Shown: positions 38,944-50,767, numbered from the stretch's first letter. The stretch: 64,000 nt of DNA from an uncultured Gemmatimonadales bacterium (GCA_963716255.1 OY970303.1:1760001-1824000); one strand, 5' to 3'. A program made the numbers and translations. The notes: a model not told the origin generated them from the sequence alone.

Positions 38944-39010
38944 AACTACCGACGCGGCATCAACATCCAGCAGTTTCCCCCTCTCCCGGGATTGGGAAAT
39001 GGTGGCGAGC

Positions 39011-39880
39011 CTAAAGCGAGCCGGGTGAGGGCCACCGGGTGAGCCCCTGGGCTTCCAGCCAGAAGAAGAACGCGTCGATCCAGTGGTCGCTGCTGGTGCC
39101 CTGCCGCCGCATGCCGAAGCCGTGGCCGCCGGAGCCGAAGGCGTGGACCTCCGGCCTGTGGCCGGCCGACGTCAGCGCGTCGTGGAACCGGACCACGGGC
39201 CCCAGCGCCACCGGGTCGTCCTGCGCCCAGGCGAGGAACAGGGGCGGCAGCTTCGCCGGGATGGCCGGCATGACGCCGAACGGAGCGCCGTAGACCATCG
39301 CGGCGAAGCTCGGGCGCGCCGCGGAGTCCGCCTGGAGCAGCGCCCCGCTCGCGACCATGGCCCCCGCCGAGAAGCCCAGCATGCCCACCCGGTCGGGGGC
39401 GACGCCCCACTCCGCCGCGTGCCGCCGGACCACCCGGAGCGCCTGGATGCCGTCGGCGATGCCGTATCTGCCGGCGGAATCCATGTTCATGTTCGCCGGG
39501 ACGCCCTCCCCACGCTTCTCCACGATCCGGTACTTGAGCACGAACGCCGCGATGCCTCTTTCCTGGAGCCAGCGCGCCACGTCGCTGCCTTCCTGGCTGA
39601 TGGCCAGCGCGACGAAGTAGCCGCCGGGGGCGATGACGACGCCGGTCCCCGTCGCCCGGCCCGGCTCCGGCAGGTACGCCGTCAGCGTGGGGGTGACCAC
39701 GTTGAAGACCACCGTCCCCACGGGCGTGCCTTCGATCGTCCTTTCCTTCTGGGTCCAGCTCTCGGTGCCCGGGGCCGCGCCCGGCCAGAGGTCCACGACC
39801 TGCGCGCGGGCCGGGAGCGCCGCCAGGAGCATGAAGGCAACCGCGCCCGCGGCGCGCGCCACGCTCCGCCCCGCGCTCAT
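39011..39880 (-). CDS. Alpha/beta hydrolase (BD-FAE/xylan esterase-like), secreted
   Basis: PGG.F, EG..VA.WL, LKYR, GFSAG, GGHGFG. Confidence 0.88.
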   Translation of the reverse strand: MSAGRSVARAAGAVAFMLLAALPARAQVVDLWPGAAPGTESWTQKERTIEGTPVGTVVFNVVTPTLTAYLPEPGRATGTGVVIAPGGYFVALAISQEGSDVARWLQERGIAAFVLKYRIVEKRGEGVPANMNMDSAGRYGIADGIQALRVVRRHAAEWGVAPDRVGMLGFSAGAMVASGALLQADSAARPSFAAMVYGAPFGVMPAIPAKLPPLFLAWAQDDPVALGPVVRFHDALTSAGHRPEVHAFGSGGHGFGMRRQGTSSDHWIDAFFFWLEAQGLTRWPSPGSL

Positions 39881-39888
39881 CCCCGCAC

Positions 39889-40722
39889 TCACTCCTGCCC
39901 GCCCGCGCCCGCGGCCGGCCTGAACACCGCGCGGAACGCCCGGAGGGCCGCCGGGTGGTAGATCGTGGCGTGGCGCTCCTCCGGCATCTTCTCCAGGTGC
40001 CAGCGGAGACCCGGCGGCGCGCTCCGGGAAAGGACGTCCGCGAACCGCTGCATGGTCCCGGGGGTCATCTCCTCGGCGCTGTCGGCCAGGTAGAGCGTCT
40101 TCGACAGCCCCGGCCGCCCGCGCAGCGCTTCCGCCGCGCCGTTCACCAGACCCTGGTCGTTCCACCACAGGCTGGGGTCGAACGCGATGTAGGTGTCGAA
40201 AAGGTCGGGCTCCGCCAGGAGCGTTTCCACGACGAAGAGCCCCGCGAGCGACTCCCCCACCACGGCCGTCTCGTCCGTCGTGCGGTAGCGTGCCCTGACC
40301 CGCGGCATCAGCTCCCGGCGGATGAACGCGCGGAACGCGGCCGACCCGCCCACGCGCGGCGCGATCTTCCGGTCCTCCTCGTTCCGGGTGGGTCCCGTCA
40401 TGTCCCGGCGGCGCTCGGTGTTCTCGATGCCCACCAGGATGAACGGCCGCATGGTCCCGTTGCCCACCGACACCTGCACCAGCCCCGCCACGTGCAGGAA
40501 GTCCTCGGCGATGCCGCCGTCCGGCATGTACAGCACCGGGAGGCGCGCGCCCGCGGAATCCGCGTAGCCGGGGGGCAGGTACACGTTGATGCGCCGCGTC
40601 TCGCCGAGGATCCCGGACCGGAGGGTGAACGTCTCGCCGACCACCAGCGGGCCCGCGCTCTCCGGGACCTGCGCCGCCGCGGGCGTCGGAGCGAGCCGCA
40701 GGCACGCGACCGCCGCCAGCAT
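39889..40722 (-). CDS. Alpha/beta hydrolase (IroE/BesA-like esterase), secreted
   Basis: VYLPPGY, PVLYMPDG, RRRDMT, GESLAG, PSLWW. Confidence 0.88.
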   Translation of the reverse strand: MLAAVACLRLAPTPAAAQVPESAGPLVVGETFTLRSGILGETRRINVYLPPGYADSAGARLPVLYMPDGGIAEDFLHVAGLVQVSVGNGTMRPFILVGIENTERRRDMTGPTRNEEDRKIAPRVGGSAAFRAFIRRELMPRVRARYRTTDETAVVGESLAGLFVVETLLAEPDLFDTYIAFDPSLWWNDQGLVNGAAEALRGRPGLSKTLYLADSAEEMTPGTMQRFADVLSRSAPPGLRWHLEKMPEERHATIYHPAALRAFRAVFRPAAGAGGQE

Positions 40723-40930
40723 GATTGTTGACCTGATCACGCCGATCCCCCCTACGTGTGGTGTGAAATGCGCGTGGCCGACCCGCCCGGCGCTCCCAAG
40801 TTCAGGCGCGGAGGGCAGGGAGCACAAGAGCCCGCCGCCTGCAAAGGCGCCCCCGCCGGGAAATCCCGGCGGGGGCGCTGGTCCGCACTCCCGCGCAGAG
40901 AGCTTCGTAATCCGTACTGCCGTTACCCGA

Positions 40931-41215
40931 TCACGCCGGCGTCCCGCGGCGCGCCGCAGCCGGCCCGGCCTCCACGCCCCGGGGAACGGGGCGGGCCATC
41001 CCTTCCCAGCCGCAACGGGGGCACCAGCGCCGCTGGATCCGGCCCAGGAGCAGCCGCGACAACGTCCGGCCCAGGGGGCCCATGCGCAACAGCAGCGTGT
41101 CGCCGTCGCACTCCGTGCAGCGCGGGTCGGCGGGGAGGAGCAGGTAGATCATCACGACGGCGAGGACGAGCTTGGCACCGAACGCGACGAACAGGAACAG
41201 CAGGTAGTACAGCAT
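40931..41215 (-). CDS. Small membrane protein with a zinc ribbon
   Basis: Hydrophobic N-terminus; CTEC...CPRCGW. Confidence 0.6.
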   Translation of the reverse strand: MLYYLLFLFVAFGAKLVLAVVMIYLLLPADPRCTECDGDTLLLRMGPLGRTLSRLLLGRIQRRWCPRCGWEGMARPVPRGVEAGPAAARRGTPA

Positions 41216-41335
41216 GCCACTTCGGGGCCGGGGGACGCGCACCGGGGGACCGGCGGCCCATGCACGCGGCGGGCCAGCCGGTCCCTCCATCCGTGTACGC
41301 GCCGGCGCGGCCGCGGTTCCGCGCCGCGGACGGTC

Positions 41336-41608
41336 CTACGCCGCCGAGAATGCGGCCCGGGGGGCCGGCGCCCCCCGGAGAAGACCGTGCGTGCTGAGAT
41401 CCTCGTCCACGTCGGGCCAGTGGATCCCGTACCCCCCTCCCGCCACCTGCCAGTTGGCCCGCTCTTCGGGAGAAGCGTGAAGGAGGCGCGGATACCACGC
41501 GAGCGGGACCGAAATCGTGCGCCCGTCCACCAGGTCCACGCTGAGCAGGTCCTCCGTCACCCGCACGTCCTTGACGCGCTCCCCCGCCCTAGGTTCCGAA
41601 TTGGACAC
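41336..41608 (-). CDS. DUF2442-family protein (putative antitoxin)
   Basis: V.L.DGR..SVPLAWYPRL..A...ER.NW...G.GIHWPD.DEDLS; GTG start after GGAGG. Confidence 0.88.
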   Translation of the reverse strand: MSNSEPRAGERVKDVRVTEDLLSVDLVDGRTISVPLAWYPRLLHASPEERANWQVAGGGYGIHWPDVDEDLSTHGLLRGAPAPRAAFSAA

Positions 41609-41829
41609 GCCATGCCTCCCTGAGCTGCGGTTGATGCTCCCCGACCAGTCGCTCGATGAGTCGAAGCTCCCGTGGGGCGTACCCGAGGTTGTACGCCAGG
41701 CCCACAGGTACCAGCCAGAACTTGGCCGAGCACTCGTCCCGATCCACGTGGATGTGTGGCGGCTCGTTCGGTTCGTGGCTGTAGAAATGGAACCGGTATG
41801 GTCCCGCACGCAGAACATGTCGGGGACAG
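41589..41829 (-). pseudogene. DUF4160-family gene with a disrupted 5' end
   Basis: Frame VLRAGPYRFHFYSHEPNEPPHIHV...AKFWL...EAW* is intact, but the 5' end reads AGGAG-N6-CTG TCC CCG ACA T GTT CTG: a non-ATG start plus one extra base. Confidence 0.75.
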
Positions 41830-41928
41830 CGGACGCTCCTCTGGCAACCAGGTGCTCGGACGAACCCTGGTCCAAAGATGCGACACGGGCAGAGCTGCGG
41901 ACAAGACCTTCCGGTGGAACTCTGAAGC

Positions 41929-42708
41929 TCACTCCTCCGGCCAGCCGAGAAGGTAGGTCACCGGCGCGGGCCCGCCTTTCCCCTTGGCCTCGCCGATCTC
42001 CCAGCGGTAGCCCTCCCCCGCGAATTCGTCGGTCATCGCGCGCAGCTCGTCGGGCGTGTACGTGCGCAGGCATGAGACCACGCCGTCCCAGAGCACCAGC
42101 GCCGGGACCACCGGCAGCAGGTACGTCCACAGGAGCCGTGAGGGGCGGAGAGGGCGGATGAAGGGGGTGGCGAGAAGCACCGCCAGCGGCGTCGGGAGCA
42201 TGGCGGCGACCGAGCCGGGGGAGCGCCGGGTGGCCTCGAACACGCCGATCCCCTGCCGGGCCCGCACGGCGTCGCGCAGGATGGCGCGGGCACGATCCGG
42301 CGGGAAGTGGTGGAACGCGGTGAACACGGTGCGGAAGCCGTCCAGCCCCGGCGGGATGCGCGTTGCGTCCACCGACTCCTCGCGAAAGGCCAGGCGTCCG
42401 CCGGTGGCGCCCTGCACCCGGCGCAGCGCGTCCAGGTTGGGATACAGGTCGGTGAGCACCACCTCCACCGGCGCCCCCTCGCGGTCCAGCTCCGGGAGCA
42501 GGCGCGGCCACGGGCCCCCTCCGCCCGAGCACAGGTCCACCACTCGGCGCGCCCCGGTCCGCCGCAGCGCCTCCCGCAGCAGCGGGACCGCCGGCGCGTA
42601 CGGGTTTCCCAGGCGGATCATGAACTCCAGGTAGTCCGTGGCGGCGTCCCGGACGGGGCGCGGACACCACGGCTGGTCCTCCAGCTCCACCAGGTGCAGG
42701 CGTCGCAT
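41929..42708 (-). CDS. Class I SAM-dependent methyltransferase-like protein
   Basis: VDLCSGGGGP, LTDLYP, VDAT, FHHF. Confidence 0.82.
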   Translation of the reverse strand: MRRLHLVELEDQPWCPRPVRDAATDYLEFMIRLGNPYAPAVPLLREALRRTGARRVVDLCSGGGGPWPRLLPELDREGAPVEVVLTDLYPNLDALRRVQGATGGRLAFREESVDATRIPPGLDGFRTVFTAFHHFPPDRARAILRDAVRARQGIGVFEATRRSPGSVAAMLPTPLAVLLATPFIRPLRPSRLLWTYLLPVVPALVLWDGVVSCLRTYTPDELRAMTDEFAGEGYRWEIGEAKGKGGPAPVTYLLGWPEE

Positions 42709-42718
42709 GGCGGCCCCC

Positions 42719-43315
42719 TCAGCCGCGCGGAAACGCCGGGTGCTCCAGCACCGCGCGCGCCTGTGCCAGGTGCCGCGCCTGGTGCACGGCCACCACCGCG
42801 AACCACGACCCGATCCCGGTGCGCAGCAGCGGGCTCACCGGCGAGCGCGCCCGCACGCGCGCCAGGTCCAGCCCGTCGGCCCGCTCCAGCGCCGCGGCGA
42901 GCTCGTCCTGCAGCGCCAGGAAGTCGTCCAGGGCGCCCACCGGGGGCCGCCCGGCGCGCGGGCGGAAGACCCGCGGCGTGGAGACGCGCCGCCCATCGGG
43001 CGCGTTGGCGCGGACGAACCAGGGGCCCAGCCACCCGTGGCGGAACGGCGGCGAGCCCGTCGTCCCCCGCGCCCACCCCCGCTCGATCGCCGCGTCCACC
43101 CGGGCAAGCACCTCCTCGCCGGTGACGTGCAGGTGGTCCAGGCACTCCGCGACGGACCAGCGGCCCGGCTCCGGCCGCCAGGCGAGCTGTGCCTCCGTCA
43201 GGGCGCCGAACCGCTCGCGCGCCTCCACCGCGGCGGCCAGGTAGTCGCGGCGGCGCTCCTCCAGCTCAGGGACCAGCGTGCGCGGCGGGGCGGATGCGGA
43301 CGGTGCGGCGTTCAT
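42719..43315 (-). CDS. DinB-family protein
   Basis: WRP..GRWSVAECLDHL...H..RHL.Q. Confidence 0.88.
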   Translation of the reverse strand: MNAAPSASAPPRTLVPELEERRRDYLAAAVEARERFGALTEAQLAWRPEPGRWSVAECLDHLHVTGEEVLARVDAAIERGWARGTTGSPPFRHGWLGPWFVRANAPDGRRVSTPRVFRPRAGRPPVGALDDFLALQDELAAALERADGLDLARVRARSPVSPLLRTGIGSWFAVVAVHQARHLAQARAVLEHPAFPRG

Positions 43316-43507
43316 GGCGGGCCTCCGGTGGGGGTGGCGCGAACGGCTCATCCCGACACGATAGGGAGCCGGATTCGCCGGCGCAGTAAGGAAGGCTACG
43401 GATTGCCGCGCGGGGAATCTCCCGACCGGGCGGCGGGGCCGCAAACGACGAGCCCTCCCCGCGCCTGCTGCGCGGGGAGGGCTGCGGATGGTGCCGGCGG
43501 AGGACCG

Positions 43508-44326
43508 CTACTCCGGCTGCTTCCTGCGGCGGCGCAGCCGGGCCCCGCCCAGGCCGGCCAGGCCGGTCCCCAGCAGGATCATGCTCACGGGCTCGGGGAC
43601 CACGTTCTGCTCGGCGGCGTTGAAGTTCCACGTCGTCGCGTCCTCGCCCTCGAACCCCAGGGTGACGTTGTCCGCGAAGCCACGGAACTGTCCGTTGGCC
43701 CCGGAGCCGAAGCCCACGCTGACGCCGAACACCACGGCGTCGCCGCCGTAGTAGTTGGCGTTCGAGGCCCACTCGGCCACCGTCTGGTTCACCTGCGACC
43801 CGCCGCTCGTGGTCAGCCCCACGCCGGTCACCCAGCGCCACAGGTCCTGGCCGATCAGGTTCTCCACGATCCAGGTTTCGGTGGGAGCCGTGGAGTAGCC
43901 GTTGTACACGCCCTCCCAGATCAGCTCCGAGCTGCGGAAGCCGGCGGCGCTGAACTGGTCGGCCACGTGCAGCCGCAGGACCGGGGTGAAGTGGCCGGGC
44001 ACGGTGCTCAGCGCGGCGCGGTACCAGTCGAAGCCGAGCGCGTCCACGTCGGAGAGCTGTCCCATGCCGCCCGTGCGCGGGTCGGTGAAGAGGCCGAACC
44101 GGCTCCTCCCGGCGGTTCCGTTCGTGTTGATCTCCAGCGAGCCGTCGCCGCTGCGCGGATTGGTGGCGGTGATGGCGGTCAGCCCGCCCCCGCCGCTTCC
44201 GACCTCGGCCCACCCCTGCGGGTTCGCCGGAGTGACTTCGACCGTCTGTGCGGACGCCGCCTGGACACCCAGGAGCAGTCCGCAGGCCACGAGCCAGGAG
44301 GGCACGGTGCTGGGTCGCATCCTCAA
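43508..44326 (-). CDS. PEP-CTERM sorted surface protein
   Basis: Signal peptide; C-terminal VVPEPVSMILLGTGLAGLGGARLRRRRK. Confidence 0.92.
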   Translation of the reverse strand: MRMRPSTVPSWLVACGLLLGVQAASAQTVEVTPANPQGWAEVGSGGGGLTAITATNPRSGDGSLEINTNGTAGRSRFGLFTDPRTGGMGQLSDVDALGFDWYRAALSTVPGHFTPVLRLHVADQFSAAGFRSSELIWEGVYNGYSTAPTETWIVENLIGQDLWRWVTGVGLTTSGGSQVNQTVAEWASNANYYGGDAVVFGVSVGFGSGANGQFRGFADNVTLGFEGEDATTWNFNAAEQNVVPEPVSMILLGTGLAGLGGARLRRRRKQPE

Positions 44327-44403
44327 CCTTGGATTGGGGGTGGACGGAAGGAAAGACCGGGAATGCAGAAACGGCCTCCGAGCGGGGCCGCGCGCGGCGC
44401 ATG

Positions 44404-44419
44404 TGCAAGTGCGGGGCCG
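44404..44419 (-). promoter_or_regulatory. sigma54-like -24/-12 element upstream of the PEP-CTERM gene
   Basis: Minus strand CGGCCCCGCACTTGCA. Confidence 0.5.
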
Positions 44420-44676
44420 TCACGCACACTCCGGCGGATGGATGTGCAAGCGGCTCCGGCCAAATTCTTTATGAAAAGGCTCCCCGATCGCAGCACGGGA
44501 TGGATGCGGAAAAGCTGTGGCAGCCGAGCGGCAGGTGTGGTCCGGCGCCGGACGCAGCCGGAAGCCCCGCGCCGCCGCGCGCGCGGCCTTTCGTTGCCCG
44601 GAGCGTGCCCCCGGGCGTATTCTTTTGGCCATCCCGGGCGCCGCCCGTGCTCCGGCCCGCAACCCCCACCGTCCCC

Positions 44677-46254
44677 ATGACCATGCGAAACCCGCTCGCC
44701 CGCCGCCTCGCGCTCGCAGCGGCGCTCACGCTCACCGCGACCTCGCTCCCCGCCCAGGCGGCGCCCCCGCCGGGGCTCGACCAGGAAGTCGCCCGCGCGC
44801 TGCGGGAGTTCGGGGTCCCGGGCATCGCCATCGGCATCGTCAAGGACGGCCGGGTGGTGACGACGCAGGGCTACGGCGTGCGCCGCCTGGGCGACGACAC
44901 CGCCCGCGTCACCCCGCACACCCTCTTCCAGATCGCCTCCAACACCAAGGCCTTCACCACCGCCGCGCTGGCGATGCTGGTGGACTCCGGCCGCGTGTCG
45001 TGGGACGACCGGGTGGTGGAGCGGCTTCCCTGGTTCCGGCTTTCCGATCCGTACGTCACCCGCGAGCTCACCCTCCGCGACCTGCTCTCGCACCGCAGCG
45101 GCCTGGGGCTGGGCGGCGGCGACCTGGTGTGGTACCGCTCCACCTACACCCCGCGCGAGGTGCTCACCCGCATCGGCGCGCTGCCGCCCGCGAGCAGCTT
45201 CCGCACGACCTACGCGTACCAGAACATCCCCTTCCTGGCCGCCGGCGAGGTGATCCCCGCCGTCACCGGCACCCAGTGGGACGCCTTCGTCCGCCAGCGC
45301 ATCTTCGTCCCGCTGGGGATGACCGAGACCGTCACCTTCGCCCGCGACCTGCCGGCCGGGGGCGACGTGGCCGCGCCGCACTCCAGCTTCCAGGGGCCGC
45401 TGCGCGTGGTGGAGCCGCGCGACAACATGGACAACGCCGCCCCCGCCGGGTCGCTGAACAGCAGCGTCACCGACCTGGTGAAGTGGATGATCGTGCAGCT
45501 GGACTCCGGGCGCGTGGCCGGGAGCGAGCGGCGGCTGTGGAGCGCCCAGCGCACCCGGGAGATGTGGAGCGGGCAGACCCTCATCCCCATCGGCGGAGCG
45601 GCGCCGGGGCTGGAAGCATACGTTCCCAGCTTCTCCGAGTACGGGATGGGGTGGTCGCTGCGCGACTACCGCGGCCACAAGGTCGTCACCCACACCGGCG
45701 GCCTGTCGGGGATGACCTCGCGCACGCTGCTGGTCCCCGACCAGAAGCTGGGGATCGTCATCCTCACCAACGCCGAGACCTCCGCGCACACCGCGCTCGC
45801 CTGGTGGATCATGGACCGCTACCTGGGCGCCCCGCAGACCGACTGGACCGCCGGCTTCGCCGCCGCCGCGCGCCGCGGCGTGGAGCGCGCCGCCGCGGCC
45901 GAGCGCCAGGCCGCCGCCGCCCGCGCGCCCAACACCCGCCCCTCGCTGCCGCTGGCCCGCTACGCCGGCCCGTACACCGACCCGCTGTACGGCGACGCCG
46001 CCATCGCGCTGGAGAACGGACGGCTCGTGCTGCGCTTCACCCACTCGCCGGCCTTCGTGGCCGACCTGGAGCACTGGCACTACGACACCTTCGTCGCGCG
46101 CTTCCGCGAGCGCACCACCGCCGACGCCTACGTCACCTTCACGCTGGACCCGGCCGGGAGCGTGGCGTCGTTCGGCATGCAGTCCGTGTCGCAGCTGGCA
46201 GACTTCAGCTTCGACTACCAGAACCTGAAGTTCGTGCCCGTGCGCCGGCCGTAG
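44677..46254 (+). CDS. Serine hydrolase (beta-lactamase/PBP fold) with a DUF3471-like C-terminal domain
   Basis: Signal peptide; SNTK, YQN, HTGG; YAG.Y.DP.YG. Confidence 0.9.
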   Translation: MTMRNPLARRLALAAALTLTATSLPAQAAPPPGLDQEVARALREFGVPGIAIGIVKDGRVVTTQGYGVRRLGDDTARVTPHTLFQIASNTKAFTTAALAMLVDSGRVSWDDRVVERLPWFRLSDPYVTRELTLRDLLSHRSGLGLGGGDLVWYRSTYTPREVLTRIGALPPASSFRTTYAYQNIPFLAAGEVIPAVTGTQWDAFVRQRIFVPLGMTETVTFARDLPAGGDVAAPHSSFQGPLRVVEPRDNMDNAAPAGSLNSSVTDLVKWMIVQLDSGRVAGSERRLWSAQRTREMWSGQTLIPIGGAAPGLEAYVPSFSEYGMGWSLRDYRGHKVVTHTGGLSGMTSRTLLVPDQKLGIVILTNAETSAHTALAWWIMDRYLGAPQTDWTAGFAAAARRGVERAAAAERQAAAARAPNTRPSLPLARYAGPYTDPLYGDAAIALENGRLVLRFTHSPAFVADLEHWHYDTFVARFRERTTADAYVTFTLDPAGSVASFGMQSVSQLADFSFDYQNLKFVPVRRP

Positions 46255-46280
46255 CGTCGTTTTAAAACCCTTTTGACGGC

Positions 46281-46420
46281 GGGTTCGGGCGTGTCCCCGG
46301 CTGGCGCCGGGGTCGGGCTTCGGCTCCGTAAGCCCGCAAACAACGCGGGCTAACGGAGTCGAGCCCCGGCGGAAACAGCCCCGCCGGGTCTCGCCCCTTC
46401 GGGCCGAAATCCCTCACGCG
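46281..46420 (+). repeat. Family-1 structured repeat, copy K
   Basis: About 27 nt after the stop of the upstream hydrolase. Confidence 0.95.
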
Positions 46421-46469
46421 GGGCTCGCCCCGCCATCCGTTGGGCTCCACCAGGCGGTCAGGGCGCGCC

Positions 46470-46910
46470 TCACGCCTCCCACGCGGCCGCGTCCCCCACC
46501 CGGATCGTCCCGGAGTCCAGCACCTCCGCGAAGGCGCCGCCGCCCCACGCCGGGTACATCGCCGCCTTCAGGCCCGGCAGCACCTCCTCCATCCGCTCGC
46601 ACGGCTTGGTCTCGCCCGCGATCCGCACCCGGCACCCGCCGATGCGCAGCACCCGCCCGCGCGAGGCCTCCAGGCGCACCCCGCGCAGGAGCAGGTTCGC
46701 GCGCCGCGCCGAGGGCGGAGCGGTCCCGCCCAGCCGCTCCATCAGCTCGGCCCAGACCTCCTCCTCCAGCAGCGTCACCTGCCGGCGGCGCCCCTGGTCC
46801 GCGTTGCCCACGATCCCCCGCCCCGCCACCAGCTCCGCCGCGTCCGCCGGGTCCATCACCCCGCGATGCGCCCGCTTCACCCAGATCGCCGCCAGCTCCC
46901 CGCTCTCCAT
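46470..46910 (-). CDS. MOSC-domain protein
   Basis: RQVTLL, RRANLL, PC.RM, G.IRVGD. Confidence 0.88.
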   Translation of the reverse strand: MESGELAAIWVKRAHRGVMDPADAAELVAGRGIVGNADQGRRRQVTLLEEEVWAELMERLGGTAPPSARRANLLLRGVRLEASRGRVLRIGGCRVRIAGETKPCERMEEVLPGLKAAMYPAWGGGAFAEVLDSGTIRVGDAAAWEA

Positions 46911-47021
46911 CGTTCATCCTCCCTGATCGAAAAGATTGTCAGTCGGATCGTCAGCGAATATTTTACGCCACTCGTCTACGGGTGAGGGGCGTTCCGGAAA
47001 AACTCCACAGGGAGCTCGGCC

Positions 47022-47225
47022 ATGACTCGACTCATGATCGGAAGGGCAGCGTTCTCGGCAGCCGTGGTGCTGGCGCTCGGGTTCGGAGTGCAGGCCGCGA
47101 CGGCGGCACCGGTTGCGAACAGGGGGGACCTCGTCTGCTTCAAGACGCCCGACTGCGTCGGCTACTGCCCCTTCGGCGCCGTCGGGCGCTGCGTCGCGGG
47201 CCACTGCGAATGCGTGTACCCGTAG
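47022..47225 (+). CDS. Secreted six-cysteine peptide with defensin/CS-alpha-beta-like spacing
   Basis: RBS AGGGAG; signal peptide ending ATA; mature region C-x5-C-x3-C-x7-C-x4-C-x-C; downstream hairpin at 47253-47285. Confidence 0.8.
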   Translation: MTRLMIGRAAFSAAVVLALGFGVQAATAAPVANRGDLVCFKTPDCVGYCPFGAVGRCVAGHCECVYP

Positions 47226-47360
47226 CGCGGAGCTGAAGCTCCGGTCCCGGAACCGGGCCGGCGGGCGAGCTGCCCGCCGGCCCGGCTTCGTCGGCGGACG
47301 GAGAGGCGGCGGCCCGCGCGGCTTGCTCCGCCCCCGCCGCCGGGGCGATATTCCGGGTCT

Positions 47361-49289
<1,929 letters not shown>

Positions 49290-49503
49290 CGTTGCAACTC
49301 GCGCGGCGGCAGCGCGTTCCGCGAGGAAAAACGATCGCGCCCCCAATGCGCCAAACAACGCAAGTCGTTCATCGGTAAAACCTTCTCTCCGGGCCCCTCC
49401 ACGGGGCCCGTTTATTGTCGTTGACACGGCCGCGGGCGCACGGCAGCTTGTGCATACCGCCCGCAATCACGCCTGGTCGTTCCCCGTAGCAGACAGCCCC
49501 CCT

Positions 49504-50754
49504 ATGCTCTTCCCGCTGCTCCTTTCCGCGGCGGCGTCCCTGCACGCCGCCCACGGTACGGCCGTCCCCGCCGCCGTCCCGTCCGATTCGGTCACCCGCC
49601 CCGCCGCCGCCGCTCCCCGCGCCAACGTGGCCGTGCTGAACTCCGACCACGAGCTGACCAGCGCCACCGCGGCCGGGCTCAGCCTGACCTCGCTGATCCA
49701 CGCCGAGGCCGCCATCGCCGACGAGGTCCGCCGCGGCGCCTTCCCGGGGGCCGCGCTCGCCGTCGGCCGCAGGGGTCAGGTGGTGGTCGAGCGGGGCATC
49801 GGCACCACCGGCTGGACCGCCGAGGACGTCCCGGTGGACCCGGACCGCACCGTGTACGACCTGGCCTCGCTCACCAAGGTGGTCGCCACCACCACGGCGC
49901 TGATGCTGCTGGTGGAGGACGGCAGGGTCGAGCTGGACGCCCCCGTGTCGCGCTACCTGCCGGAGTTCACCGGCGGCGGCAAGGAGGCGGTGACCATGCG
50001 GATGCTGCTCACGCACACCTCCGGGCTCCCCGCCTGGGCGGAGCTGTGGGGCCGCACGCCGGACGAGGCGCTGGGGCGCGCGGTGCGCACGCCGCTGGCG
50101 ACGGCGCCGGGCGCGCGGGTGGAGTACTCGGACATCGGCTTCGTGGTGCTGTACGCCGCGGCCGAGCGGGCCGCCCGCGAGCCCATCTACCGGCTGCTGG
50201 ACCGCCGCGTGTACGGGCCCCTCAGGATGCGCTTCACCACCTACCAGGCCGGCGTGGGCTGCTCGTGGTGCGCCTCCACGGCGCGCAGCCAGGGCGACGC
50301 CTTCCAGGGCAAGGTCCACGACCCCATCGCCCGGCAGCTGGGCGGCATCGCCGGCAACGCGGGGCTCTTCTCCACCGCGCACGACCTGGCCCGCTTCGCC
50401 GCCATGCTGGCCAACGAGGGCGAACTGGACGGGGTGCGGGTGCTGAAGCCGGAAACGGTGCGCCTCTTCGCCCGGCGCCAGGTGGGGACGCGCGCCCTGG
50501 GGTGGGAGTCGCCCAACCGGGGCGGCGGCGGGGCCGCGGGGCTGCGCATCTCCCCCAACGCCTACGGGCACACCGGCTACACCGGCACCTCCATCTGGAT
50601 CGACCCGGACCGCGGCACCTGGGCGGTGCTCCTCGCCAACCGCACCTACCAGACCGAGTCCAACAACCGCATGCAGACGCTGCGGCGCACAGTGAACAAC
50701 TGGGTGGCCGAGGCCGCCGACGCGGGCGCTCCAGCATACGGCGGCGACAACTGA
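49504..50754 (+). CDS. Serine hydrolase (beta-lactamase family), secreted
   Basis: SLTK, LLTHTSGL, YSD, G.VHD, GHTGYTGT. Start could be the upstream GTG at 49450. Confidence 0.9.
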   Translation: MLFPLLLSAAASLHAAHGTAVPAAVPSDSVTRPAAAAPRANVAVLNSDHELTSATAAGLSLTSLIHAEAAIADEVRRGAFPGAALAVGRRGQVVVERGIGTTGWTAEDVPVDPDRTVYDLASLTKVVATTTALMLLVEDGRVELDAPVSRYLPEFTGGGKEAVTMRMLLTHTSGLPAWAELWGRTPDEALGRAVRTPLATAPGARVEYSDIGFVVLYAAAERAAREPIYRLLDRRVYGPLRMRFTTYQAGVGCSWCASTARSQGDAFQGKVHDPIARQLGGIAGNAGLFSTAHDLARFAAMLANEGELDGVRVLKPETVRLFARRQVGTRALGWESPNRGGGGAAGLRISPNAYGHTGYTGTSIWIDPDRGTWAVLLANRTYQTESNNRMQTLRRTVNNWVAEAADAGAPAYGGDN

Positions 50755-50767
50755 TTGCCTGAACGGC

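Noticed and set aside
47022..47225. The Cys-rich peptide as a RiPP precursor
   Set aside because: No modifying enzymes are adjacent (the ABC-F has no TM domain and MOSC is divergent), and the leader looks like a Sec signal peptide.
49421..49449. TTGACA upstream of the serine hydrolase as a promoter
   Set aside because: The hexamer at 17-nt spacing (CAGCTT) is a weak -10; insufficient support.
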